From an uncultured Planctomycetota bacterium (GTDB lineage: Bacteria > Planctomycetota > Planctomycetia > Pirellulales > Lacipirellulaceae): a stretch of DNA of 64,000 bases. The notes beneath the pieces are model-generated. The model was not told where the DNA came from and made no database searches. It was given only the letters and a program-made list of their open reading frames with translations. Location of the stretch: contig CAVRBU010000002.1 in the NCBI GenBank assembly GCA_963719315.1, forward strand, positions 1,536,001-1,600,000, in the 5' to 3' direction. Below are positions 1 through 10,379 of this stretch, in pieces (the first letter of the stretch is position 1; each line of letters opens with the position of its first letter). The position numbers and the translations under genes were made by a program.

Positions 1-116
1 GGACCGTTCTGCCCAGGAGCGTTATTGTTGAATTGAGCAGACGAAGTGGCGCTGAGAAGTAGTGCGAAGCCGCCGGCGATGGCGAAATGCCAAGGTGAGA
101 AGTAATTGGTGCCCAT
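1..116 (-). CDS. N-terminus of a probable secreted protein (runs off window)
   Basis: ATG at 116 reads MGTNYFSPWHFAIAGGFALLLSATSSAQFNNNAPGQNG, which resembles a signal peptide. Confidence 0.55.
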   Translation of the reverse strand, partial: MGTNYFSPWHFAIAGGFALLLSATSSAQFNNNAPGQNG

Positions 117-472
117 GGCTGCCCTCTGTGGATTTCTGCCCTAATCGTAATCCATTGGGTTCTTTATTCCCATAATTTGGGTAGAATTAGCGACATGACG
201 GTCCTTTTTGTTGGAGAGCCAGGCAATCTGGGAATCCGTCGAGATACTGGCTCCCTCCGGTTTTCAAGATGCAAACTGGGCTAAGTCAGGATAGAATAAG
301 CCACGCGAACACTGAGGATAGTTAGACCCCCACCCAAACCGCTCGCTGCCCTTGGCGGGCTCGATTCCCTCCCAAGTGGCCGCCAGCCGGTTGCTCGATT
401 CGCCACTCCCACCAAGTTTTGCAGGCGTTTTTTACTATCTCGTTGTCGCAGCGAAAGGTGCTCCCACACCCG

Positions 473-3196
473 ATGCACTCCGACAGGCCATTTCTGTTGC
501 GGGCTGTATGCGTCCTGCTGTGGGGCGCGTACGTTGCTCGACCCGCACCCGCCGCCGAGCCAGCTCCTCCGGCTCCGTCAGCGTCGTCGCCGCAAGGCGT
601 CGAGTTCTTCGAGGCCCGTATCCGCCCGGTACTCGTCGAAAAGTGCTACAGTTGCCACTCTGCCCAGGCCAAAGTGTTGAAGGCCGGCCTGCGGCTGGAT
701 ACAGCTGAACGAATGCGGGCCGGCGGCGAATCGGGCCCCGTAATCGTGCCCAATAAGCCCGCCGACAGCCCGCTGATTGCGGCTCTAAAGTACGAGTCAA
801 GCGAGATGCCGCCCAGCGGCAGGCTGCCGAATGCTGTGATCCACGATTTCGAGACGTGGATTTCGCTCGGCGCGCCCGACCCCCGCGCCGATGCGGCTGC
901 CCCAGACACGAAGAACGCGAAACCCGATCCCCGCGAGCATTGGGCGTACAAGCAACCGCAAAAGTCGGCGCCGCCGCAAATCGCTCACGCCGCCACCGCT
1001 CGCTGCGATCTCGATCGCTTCATTCTGGCGAGACTCGAATCCAAAAATCTGTCGCCATCGCCCCAAGCTCCGCCCCGCGCCTTGCTGCGGCGTGTGTATT
1101 ACGATTTAGTCGGCATGCCACCCACGGCCGAAGAAATAGATCAATTCGCCTCCGACCCCAGCGACGCCCGCTATGAAGCGATCGTCGATCGGCTCCTCGC
1201 GTCGCCGCGCTTCGGCGAGCGTTGGGCTCGCCACTGGCTGGATGTGGCCCGATATGCCGACACGAAGGGTTACGTCTTCCAGGAGGACCGCAGCTACAAG
1301 GGCGGTTACGCGTACCGCGATTGGGTCATCGCCAGCTTCAACGCCGATCGGCCGTTCGACAAATTCATTATCGCCCAAATCGCCGGCGACCAAATGGATG
1401 ATCCATCCTGGGCGCCGGCCTCCGGTTTTCTGACGCTCGGCCGCCGCTTCCTGAACGCACAACCCGATATCATCAACGACCGCATCGATGTCGTTTCGCG
1501 CGGCATCATGGGCCTCACTGTCGCTTGCGCTCGTTGCCACGACCACAAGTACGATCCGATCAGCGCCGCCGACTACTACGCTCTGTACGGTGTATTTGCC
1601 AGCACGACCGAAAAACCGCACGACGATGCGCCGCCGGAATTGGTCGATGCCGACAAGCCGTATGACCCGTATATCTTCCTTCGCGGCGATCCAGGCAACC
1701 ACGGCCCGAACACCGAGAGACGATTCCTCACGTGCCTCTCGCCCGATAACAAACCCGCTCCGTTCACGCACGGCAGCGGCCGACGCGAGTTGGCCGACGC
1801 TCTTACCAGCCGCGAGAACCCGCTAACCGCGCGTGTGTGGGTGAACCGAGTCTGGGGCCATCTATTCGGAAAGGGCCTCGTGGAAACGCCGAGCGACTTC
1901 GGCGTTCGCGGCACGCCGCCGACGCATCCGGAACTGCTCGATACGCTCGTCTGCGATTTGATGGACGATGGCTGGTCCACGAAGCGACTCATTCGCCGGC
2001 TTGTGCTTTCGGCCACGTATCGTCAATCGAGTGACGCGCGCGCCGATGGCGAAGCCATCGACTCGGAAAATCGCCTCTTGTGGCGCGCCAATCGCCGCCG
2101 GCTCGATCTGGAAGCACTCCGCGACTCGCTGCTCGCCGTCGCCGGTCGGCTGGACGAGAAAATGGGCGGCCCCTCCGTCTCGATCACCGACGCTCCCTTC
2201 TCCACTCGCCGGAGCGTCTATGGCTATATCGAACGCCAAAATCTGCCCGCCTTCTTCCGCACATTCGATTTTGCGAACCCAAATACGCACACGCCCGAAC
2301 GTCCGCTGACAACCGCCCCTCAACAAGCTCTGTTCCTAATGAACAGCCCCTTCACAATCGAACAAGCCAGCTTCCTTTCGACGCGTAGCGAACTTGAGCC
2401 CCAACCCAGTGTGCCTGGGGTCGAGCCGCAGGCGAGCCCCCAGGATGTAGCCACTTCATCTCCAATTCAAAACGCCGCAGCCTCCCGCGTCCGCCGCATT
2501 AATCGCCTCTTCCGCTACGCGTTCGGTCGCGAGCCGTCGATCGACGAATTGACCGACGCCCTCGAATTCGTCGATCGTGGCGAACCCCCGCAATTCGCAA
2601 CAATCACGCACCAACTCGCCTGGCAATTCGGCTGGGGCTCGTACGACGAGCAGGCGCACGACGTGCAATTTCAACCTCTGCCAGTGTTCGCCAATGGTGT
2701 TTGGCAGGGCGAAGCGAAGCTGCCCGACGCCAAGCTCGGTTGGGTCATGCTCAATGCCGCGGGCGGACACCCAGGCGACGCCGCCCATTCCTCTATCCGC
2801 CGTTGGGTCGCGCCCGCGGCCGGCACGCTCCGCATTGAAGGCTTGCTCGCCCACGCGTTCGACAAGGGCGACGGCGTCCGCGGTCGCATCATCGCCAGCC
2901 GCGTCGGCGTGATCGGATCCTGGGATGTGTTCCACAAAGAAGAGGTAATCAATCCACCGCAGTTCGCCGTCCAACGGGGCGACACGATCGACTTCATCGT
3001 CGATCCGCGCGCGACCGTCGACACAGATACCTACAATTGGACGCTCACCATGCGACTAAAGACTTCGGACAAAGAACCAGAACAAGTCTGGCAATCGGCA
3101 GGCGATTTCCACGGGCCGATCACGCCGCCGCTCTCCCGCTGGCAGCAACTGGCCCAAGTGCTCCTAATGAGCAATGAGTTTGTATATGTGGACTAG
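473..3196 (+). CDS. Planctomycete cytochrome c / DUF1549 / DUF1553 (PSD1) protein
   Basis: CYSCH and CARCHDHKYDP haem motifs; SPRFGERWARHWLDVARYAD; NPLTARVWVNRVW; PQQALFLMNSP. Confidence 0.9.
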   Translation: MHSDRPFLLRAVCVLLWGAYVARPAPAAEPAPPAPSASSPQGVEFFEARIRPVLVEKCYSCHSAQAKVLKAGLRLDTAERMRAGGESGPVIVPNKPADSPLIAALKYESSEMPPSGRLPNAVIHDFETWISLGAPDPRADAAAPDTKNAKPDPREHWAYKQPQKSAPPQIAHAATARCDLDRFILARLESKNLSPSPQAPPRALLRRVYYDLVGMPPTAEEIDQFASDPSDARYEAIVDRLLASPRFGERWARHWLDVARYADTKGYVFQEDRSYKGGYAYRDWVIASFNADRPFDKFIIAQIAGDQMDDPSWAPASGFLTLGRRFLNAQPDIINDRIDVVSRGIMGLTVACARCHDHKYDPISAADYYALYGVFASTTEKPHDDAPPELVDADKPYDPYIFLRGDPGNHGPNTERRFLTCLSPDNKPAPFTHGSGRRELADALTSRENPLTARVWVNRVWGHLFGKGLVETPSDFGVRGTPPTHPELLDTLVCDLMDDGWSTKRLIRRLVLSATYRQSSDARADGEAIDSENRLLWRANRRRLDLEALRDSLLAVAGRLDEKMGGPSVSITDAPFSTRRSVYGYIERQNLPAFFRTFDFANPNTHTPERPLTTAPQQALFLMNSPFTIEQASFLSTRSELEPQPSVPGVEPQASPQDVATSSPIQNAAASRVRRINRLFRYAFGREPSIDELTDALEFVDRGEPPQFATITHQLAWQFGWGSYDEQAHDVQFQPLPVFANGVWQGEAKLPDAKLGWVMLNAAGGHPGDAAHSSIRRWVAPAAGTLRIEGLLAHAFDKGDGVRGRIIASRVGVIGSWDVFHKEEVINPPQFAVQRGDTIDFIVDPRATVDTDTYNWTLTMRLKTSDKEPEQVWQSAGDFHGPITPPLSRWQQLAQVLLMSNEFVYVD

Positions 3197-3258
3197 TAGG
3201 GTGGGCATCGCCCACCAATGAAGAATGTTGAAGTTTTGGTGGACGTTGCCCACCCCAC
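3196..3258. repeat. GTAG-type REP doublet
   Basis: GTAGGGTGGGCATCGCCCACC ... GGTGGACGTTGCCCACCCCAC inverted pair. Confidence 0.7.
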
Positions 3259-3272
3259 AATAAGGTCGAATC

Positions 3273-4709
3273 ATGTCCCATACATTTCAACTAGACCATT
3301 TGGCCCTCACCCGCCGCGAACTCCTCCAGCGTTGCGGCATGGGCTTCGGTGCGCTCGCTCTGGGTAATCTGATCGTTGGCGCTCAGACCGCATCCGCCGC
3401 GAGTACGAACCCGCTTTTGCCGCACGCGCCCCATTTTCCGGCCAAGGCCAAACACGTCATTCACCTGTTCATGAACGGCGGGCCGTCCCACGTCGATACG
3501 TTCGACCCCAAGCCAATGCTCGACAAATACGCCGGCAAGCCGCTTCCCGGCGGCACGCTGCCGACCGAGCGACCGACCGGGGCTGCCCTCCCGTCGCCGT
3601 TTAAGTTCCGCAAGTATGGCCAAAGCGGCATCGAAGTCAGCGACATTTTCCATAACGTCGGGAACTCGATCGACGATATCGCCGTCATCCGCTCCATGCA
3701 TGCCGACATTCCGAGCCACGAGGCGTCGCTGTTGCTGATGAATTGCGGCGACGCCCGGCAGATTCGCCCCAGTCTCGGCTCCTGGCTGTGCTACGGCCTG
3801 GGGAGCGAGAACGAGAACCTGCCGGCGTTTGTGGCGATGTGCCCGCATGGATATCCAATTCAAGAAACGCAAAACTGGCAATCCGGTTTCTTGCCGGGTG
3901 TGTACGAAGGATCGTACGTCGATACACAGCACACCAAGATCGAACAGCTCATCGAGCACATCCGCAACGGCCGACTCTCGCTGCCGCAGCAGCGCGAACA
4001 ACTCGATTTGCTGGAACGATTCAACGCCCGCCATGCCCAGGCACGGCACGACGATGCGGCACTGGAGGCTCGCATCCGTTCGTTCGAGCTCGGTTTCCGC
4101 ATGCAGACCGAGGCGGCCGAAGCATTCGACGTCCGCCGCGAGCCGCAGCACATCCGCGACATGTACGGCCCCGGCGTGCAGGCCCGGCAACTACTCATTG
4201 CCCGCCGGCTGGTCGAGCGGGGCGTGCGGTTCGTTCAGTTGTGGCACGGCGCCGGCCAGCCCTGGGATAGCCACGACGACCTCGAAGTTCGCCACCGCGA
4301 GCTCGCCGGACAATGCGACCAAGCAATCGGCGCCTTGCTGGTGGATTTGAAGCAGCGGGGCCTGCTCGATGAGACACTCGTCATTTGGGGCGGCGAATTC
4401 GGCCGCACGCCTTCGGTCGAACTGCCGAAGGCCGGCTCAAATGCGGGCAAGATCAACGGCCGTGACCACAACCACCACGGCTTCACGACCTGGCTCGCCG
4501 GCGGCGGCGTCCGCGGTGGTTACGTACACGGCGCAACGGACGACCTGGGTTTCAAAGCAGTCGAAAAGCGGGTCCATGTGCACGATCTCCACGCCACGAT
4601 TCTGCACCTCCTGGGCTTCGACCACGAAAAGTTCACCTACCGCTACGCCGGCCGCGACTTCCGCCTGACCGATGTGGAAGGGCACGTCGTGCGGGAACTC
4701 ATTGCGTAG
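3273..4709 (+). CDS. DUF1501 sulfatase-like protein with Tat-like leader
   Basis: TRRELL leader; FMNGGPSHVDTFDPKP; WGGEFGRTP; GRDHN; usual partner of PSD1 genes. Confidence 0.9.
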   Translation: MSHTFQLDHLALTRRELLQRCGMGFGALALGNLIVGAQTASAASTNPLLPHAPHFPAKAKHVIHLFMNGGPSHVDTFDPKPMLDKYAGKPLPGGTLPTERPTGAALPSPFKFRKYGQSGIEVSDIFHNVGNSIDDIAVIRSMHADIPSHEASLLLMNCGDARQIRPSLGSWLCYGLGSENENLPAFVAMCPHGYPIQETQNWQSGFLPGVYEGSYVDTQHTKIEQLIEHIRNGRLSLPQQREQLDLLERFNARHAQARHDDAALEARIRSFELGFRMQTEAAEAFDVRREPQHIRDMYGPGVQARQLLIARRLVERGVRFVQLWHGAGQPWDSHDDLEVRHRELAGQCDQAIGALLVDLKQRGLLDETLVIWGGEFGRTPSVELPKAGSNAGKINGRDHNHHGFTTWLAGGGVRGGYVHGATDDLGFKAVEKRVHVHDLHATILHLLGFDHEKFTYRYAGRDFRLTDVEGHVVRELIA

Positions 4710-4820
4710 ACTTCGTAGGCAAGTTGCGCCGAAATTTGCATTCCGGTAACAATTTCGCCGATTGAAGTTGTCACGATAGACGTAATCGAGGGTCGTTCGA
4801 CGACCCTTTCCCGCGGCTGC

Positions 4821-5033
4821 GGTCTTAGGCCCGCCGTTTACGGCGGGTCGATGAGGTCCCGAAACACGATGGGGAGCCCCATTCATGGGGCTTCTCGCAT
4901 TACTTTACGGCTGAAGCCATCGCCGCGAGAAGCCCTGTAAACAGGGCTTGGTGCTGCTCCGTTGACCCTCACCAACCCGTCGTCAACGACGGGCCTAAGA
5001 CCACCTTCGGTGGAAAGAGCCGTGAACGGCTCT
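4821..5033. repeat. Nested multi-hairpin palindromic element
   Basis: Outer IR GGTCTTAGGCCCGCCGTTTACGGCGGGT (4821-4848) / ACCCGTCGTCAACGACGGGCCTAAGACC (4975-5002); inner IR 4875-4898 / 4925-4948; extra hairpin 5016-5033. Confidence 0.75.
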
Positions 5034-5091
5034 GCAAGTCGCTAAACTGTTGCGCACTCCGAGTTTCGGAGAAGCTCGGCTGCATCCAACG

Positions 5092-5136
5092 AAAAAAACG
5101 ACTCCCGCCGCTAGGACAGGAGTCGCTTGTTTTTTA
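5092..5136. terminator. Probable bidirectional intrinsic terminator
   Basis: A-run, CGACTCC...GGAGTCG stem, T-run, between convergent genes. Confidence 0.55.
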
Positions 5137-5235
5137 TCGTGCTCGCTTGCTGACCGCGGGATGCGGGTCGCAAGCTCGTCACGTTTTCTATTGTCGAGTT
5201 GTCACGCGCGGAGCTCTCGGCGCCGCGCCGCCAAC

Positions 5236-5756
5236 TTACTTGCCGCAACCGCAACTCGGTTGTTCGCAACCGCAGCTTTGCTCACAGCAGCTCGGCTCGC
5301 AGCAGCAGCTCTTGTGGCAGCGGAACATGCCACACAAGCCGTCGAGCAAGCAGCAGCGATGACGGCACGGCGAGCAGCAGTTCGATTCGCAACCGCAGCT
5401 CGGCTCACAAGCACAACTCTGCTCGCATGCGCAGCTCTGTTCGCAGCAGCAGCTCGGCTCGCAGCAGCTCTTGTGGCAACGGAACATGCCACACAGGCCA
5501 TCGAGCAAGCAGCAGCGGCGGGGGCAGCAGCTGGTTTGGCGGCCGCAGCTCGGTTCGCAAGCGCAGCTCTGCTCGCAAGCACAGCTCTGCTCGCAAGCGC
5601 AGCTCTGCTCGCAACGCAGCTTTGTTCACAACCACAGCTCGGCTCACAACAGCCGTTGCCGTGACCGCACAACAGACCGAAGAACGCATTCGCGCTTCCG
5701 GCACTGCTGAGCACCAGGGCGACGCTCAGCGTCGCAAAGGCAACACAACGTTTCAT
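5236..5756 (-). CDS. Secreted Cys-rich repeat protein (about 173 aa; 1-nt frameshift near 5614)
   Basis: Signal peptide MKRCVAFATLSVALVLSSAGSANA; CEQSCA/CEPSC repeats; one 18-nt unit lacks a base (gcaacgcagc vs gcaagcgcagc). Confidence 0.8.
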
Positions 5757-5812
5757 GGGAGGGCTCCTGACATAACGGGTGGGAAAAATGGGCGGAGGGT
5801 CTCGCGCCGCCG

Positions 5813-5877
5813 GAGGGTAAGAGATCGGAGATGGAAGGGCGCGTCGCCCCGTCCTCCGACCTCGGACCTCTAACCTA
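5813..5877. repeat. Inverted heptamer tandem-repeat array
   Basis: GAGGGTA AGAGATC GGAGATG GAAGGGC ... CCGTCCT CCGACCT CGGACCT CTAACCT. Confidence 0.65.
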
Positions 5878-6086
5878 GGCAGGCCGAGGCCACGACGTGG
5901 TAAACGTCGTTAGGTGCTATCGTCGCGGTCCGAATGCTAGCTGAAGAATCCTCGACGAAATGCGCGATTTCCCAGGTGTAACGCTTGAACCGGTCGGCAC
6001 ATGGCGGTTATGTGGATTGCGTCGCTTCGTTCAATTGGTCCGTGCAAGTTCGGAGTTCGTGTGGCGGCATACAGTTGCCTGGCCCG

Positions 6087-8849
6087 TTACGACGATCGTT
6101 TGCCGCGTGGCCGCGCAGCCGGCATCAATGGGGCTGTTAGCTGCGCGTACAGCTTGAACAGGAATTCGACGCGGTTGCGTTCGTTGGCAAACGGCTGCGA
6201 GCGGTAGCAACGGTCCACGGCACGGTCGAGCTTGGCATGGGCCTTGGCCAAGCCGGCGGGCATTGCAAGGGGGTCGTAGAGGTCCGCGAGCGTAGCATCG
6301 GGGTGCGCGGCGCGGGCATCGAGCACACCCTGCGCCGCGTCCTCGACGGCCGCACGTTTCGCATCGGTTACATCCTGTGGCCAGGGGAAGTTGTTGTAGA
6401 CAAGTTTCGCGGAATAGCGGAAATCCGATTTGAGCCGCCCCGCCACATGCCGGACCCAGGCCATGTGCATCGTCGAGCTGAGAATGCCGAAGTGAAAGAG
6501 CTTTGCACCAGTAATCGTTAGGCAGAGATTACTTGCAATTGTATTGCTTTTCATGAAGCCTATGGGAATGTACCTTCGACGTTCGGAAGAGACAGAAGGA
6601 ACTATTAGATAGGGGCGATCCTTATGACTAACGAACGCAAACAAACTGGGAGTGTCCGCAAGGCCTCGAGTGACCGGTCGCTTGCTTTTTAGCCGAAATG
6701 CTCGGACGGCATTAATGCGCCCCATAATCAGAGGTGAGGATCGCAACTCATTGGGACTGGCATCCTTCAACCACAAACACCACCGTGCTATTGAATTGAT
6801 AAATTCACGAGATCCTAAGAAAGGACGAATCAGCCGTTACAATTCGGGGTGCTCGCTCAGGATGCATTGCCGCTCTTCCGGAGATAGGATTAAATGGCCG
6901 CCGTCGATTGGTTGATTCCCAAATTGCATTTCCGGGACCGCGCTTAAGGGGGTTGAACGGTTCAGCACCGTCACACTTGGTCCTTCGATAAGATAAGGAT
7001 TAATGGTGCTAACAAGGCTTGTGGTCGGTTCGCCGCGGAGCGACTCATAGTCGAAAAGTTTTTTCTGCCGTTGGTTACCAACTCCAAAGCCGATGATGAC
7101 GACATGAACATGTGCTTTGCCGCGAGCCTCACTCTCCCAAGCAAACGTGCGATGGGCGAAAAAAACTGAGATTCGATAGCGCTGCAGTAACTCCGGCCAC
7201 AGCACACCGACCTGTTCACCCTGCGAAATCGAATTTGTCGAGACAAACGCCACGGTGATCGGGGTTCCCTGGATATAAAGTGCAGCCTTGAAATACCAAC
7301 CAGTGACATAATCCAATAGTCCACCGTTCTTCACTCCATCCGCGACCTCTGAAATCTCTTGTCGCTGCGGATTTGTCTGAAACTTGGCGCCCACGAACGG
7401 CGGATTACCGAGAACATGCGTGCATTTCTCTGCCGGCAGCACGTCGTTCCAGTCGATTCGCAGGGCGTTGCCGTGGTGAATATGCGGACTTTTGTGGAGC
7501 GGCAAGCGGACATAATACTCGCCGAATTCCTCGCTGACGCGCTGGTTCATCTGGTGGTCCATCAGCCACATTGCCATTTCGGCGATTCGGACGGGCCACT
7601 CTTCGACCTCGATGCCGTACATTTGATCGACATCGAGCTTGAGCAAAGTGTTGATGTCGAGCCGTTTCTGCATGTTCGGCTTCTTGAAAAGCCGTCGAAG
7701 TAACTCCAATTCCAATATTCGCAGTTCGCGATACGACACGACCAGGAAATTGCCGCAGCCGCAGGCGGGATCGAGCAGCCGCATTTTGGCCATGCGTTCG
7801 TGCAGCGCACTCAGCTTGCGGGCGTCGCTACCCGCTTTTTCCAGGTCCGCTTTGAGGTCGTCGAGAAACAGCGGACCGATGACTTTGAGGATGTCGCGCT
7901 CGCTGGTGTAGTGGGCGCCGATTTGCCGACGTTCGCGGGGCTCCATCACGGCCTGAAACAACGCTCCGAATACGGCGGGCGAGATGCGGCTCCAGTCGAA
8001 GCGGGTGCAAGCCAGCAGCCGATTTCGCATGTCGCTGTTGAACTCGGCGAAGCTCAGCGATTCGACGTACAGTTCGCCGTTGACGTAGGGCAGGGCTGCC
8101 AGTTCTTCGAGCAGGTTTTTCTGCCGCTTGTCCTTGGCCGTGTTTAGCACCTGGAACAGCCGGGCGAGTTGCGGCCCCAGGTCGGAGCCATCGAGAGCGG
8201 TGTGGTTTTCGAGAAACAGCGTAAACGCGTCGCGGTCGAAAATGCCGGTGTCTTCGGCGAACAAGCAGAACAAGATGCGGACGAGCAGCCGTTCCAATTC
8301 GTGGCCCGAGTACCCGCCGCTTTCCAAGGCGTCGTGCAGATCACCCATGATCCGCACGGCCTTGATGTTGATCGGATCTTCCGGTTCGAGCTTCTGTTTG
8401 CGATGTCCGGCGATGAACCCGAAGTGGTTCACGTGCAGATGAAATTCGGACAGCGGGAATTCAATCGAGGTTTCATCGATCAAATCGTGCAGCGCAATGC
8501 GGGCGAAATCGGAGACGATCACGTATTGCGGCGCTTCGTCGCCGCGGCCTTCACGCGAGAGGTCTTGGATATAGTCGATCGCCTGCGCATGGGCTTTGCC
8601 GAGGTCTTCGCCGCGACTCTTGTGCTCGGCGATGAGAATCGCCTTCCAAAAGAGGTCGATGAAGCTGTAGTGGCCGCGGATGTTCTTGACCGGCTCCTCG
8701 AAGCTGGCCACATTGCGGCGGGTGAGGCCGAAGACCTTGAAGAACTCGTCCCAGAACGTCTTGGCCTCGGCGTGCTCGCGCGACTCGGCCGCCCACTCGC
8801 GGGAGAACGCCAGGGCGCGGCTGCGAATTTCGTTCCAGGAAATGGGCAA
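6087..8849 (-). pseudogene. MmeI-like type IIL R-M enzyme / N6-adenine MTase with in-frame TAA at 6837-6839
   Basis: ISWNEIR N-terminus; GAHYTS; LDPACGCGNFL; GNPPF; FVSTNSISQGEQ; C-terminus LADLYDP...AH.KLDRAVD; the two ORFs share a frame (HPEL*RLIRPFLGSREFIN). Confidence 0.85.
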
Positions 8850-9049
8850 AGGGTAGGCTCCCCACTACGCGGCGGCAAGAATTGCCACTGTACAATTCGT
8901 CCGTAAGAGTATCCGACAATGCCGCGACTGTGAACCAGTCGCCGCATCGCAGACAAGGAGCGCACGTGCTGGAAGTGTGACGGAGCCTTAAGAAACGACG
9001 CAGAAATGACTTCGGCGAAGGCCATTCCAACGCTATGACTGAGCGTGAA

Positions 9050-10372
9050 CTACGCCAACCCGCTCAATGGCCCATCCCCGCAGAAATCGGGATTGCCGAA
9101 CTTCTCAATCCGGTGGCCAAAACCGTGCGCAAGCGACAGCAGCAGCCGGTTGTGCGGCACGCCCTTGTAGTCGCGGGCGCGGCCCATCTTGAAATCAAGA
9201 CCATTGCCAACGAACACAAACGGGATGTTGTCGAGCGTGTGCGTGTTGCCTTTGCCTAACTCGTTGGTCCACACGATCAGCGTGTTGTCGAGCAAACTAC
9301 CCTGTCCGCCGGGTTCCGGAGTATCGGCCAGCCGTTGCGCCAGGTAGGCGAGCTGCTCGCAGTACCATTTGTTGATGCGCGTCAGCTTGTCGCGGGCCGT
9401 CTCGTTGCTGTCCGGCTCGTGCGACAACTGATGGTGGCCCTCGTCGATGCCGAGCCAACGCATGCGAGCGCCGCCGACCGAATTCGTGTACTGCAGCGTC
9501 GCAATACGAGCATGGTCGGCGGCAAAGCTGCTCACGATCAGCTCGATTTGCAGCTTGCTGAGACGAGGGATATTGTCGTTTTCTTCCTTGACGCCCGGTT
9601 CCAACTGCGGCACCGCGTGGCCAATTTCCGGCGAAGCATCGGCCTTGAGTTCTTGTTCCATCTCACGCACGAATGTGGTGTGTTCCTCGAGCAACTGGCG
9701 ATCTTCGGCGCTCACGACGCGCTCCACTTTTTTGAAATCATCCTGCAGGTCATCCAGGATGCTCCGCAAACTTTCCTGGTCCTTCATCCGCCCGTAGAGC
9801 TTGGCGAACATTTGGTACGGATCGTCGATCGGCGCGAGCGGCTTGTTGGGCCCTGCGTACGACATCCGCGTCCAGGTGTCGGCCCGATCGGGCACCATCA
9901 CGCCGAACTCGAGCGACCCGAATCGCGTCCGCGTTTCGGGCTTGGCCTGCAAAAAATTCTTGATCTCCTGGTCGATCGAAATGCCCTTCGACCAACCGGC
10001 CGGCGTATCGGAGCCGCCCTGGATGTTGCCGGGAAAGAGCTCCGTGCCCGTCAACAGGCAGCCGATGCCGCGCATGTGGTTGTCGCCGTCGCCCCGGACT
10101 TTGTCGCCGATGCCGTGAAGCATGAGCGTTCGCTCCCGATACGCCTCGAGCGGCTTAAGGCTTTCTTTCAGCTCGAAGATCTTACCGAATTCATCCGGCC
10201 AGAAATGCTTCGGGATTACGCCGTTGGGGCTGAACATGATCACCAGTCGCTGCCGGCGTGCGGGCGCGGTGCTCGCAAACCCCAGGCTGGGCAAATTCAG
10301 CACGAACGGCACGGCCGCGGCGCCAACGCCCAGATTTCGCAAAAACTCACGCCGGGATGCGTAGGTGCTCAT
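9050..10372 (-). CDS. DUF1552 protein (Tat leader)
   Basis: [28 protein letters not shown]; lies downstream of a DUF1592/1588 gene. Confidence 0.85.
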   Translation of the reverse strand: MSTYASRREFLRNLGVGAAAVPFVLNLPSLGFASTAPARRQRLVIMFSPNGVIPKHFWPDEFGKIFELKESLKPLEAYRERTLMLHGIGDKVRGDGDNHMRGIGCLLTGTELFPGNIQGGSDTPAGWSKGISIDQEIKNFLQAKPETRTRFGSLEFGVMVPDRADTWTRMSYAGPNKPLAPIDDPYQMFAKLYGRMKDQESLRSILDDLQDDFKKVERVVSAEDRQLLEEHTTFVREMEQELKADASPEIGHAVPQLEPGVKEENDNIPRLSKLQIELIVSSFAADHARIATLQYTNSVGGARMRWLGIDEGHHQLSHEPDSNETARDKLTRINKWYCEQLAYLAQRLADTPEPGGQGSLLDNTLIVWTNELGKGNTHTLDNIPFVFVGNGLDFKMGRARDYKGVPHNRLLLSLAHGFGHRIEKFGNPDFCGDGPLSGLA

Positions 10373-10379
10373 AGGACTC

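Noticed and set aside
5236..5640. CRISPR-like array
   Set aside because: The 18-nt units are contiguous coding repeats without spacers, and there are no cas genes
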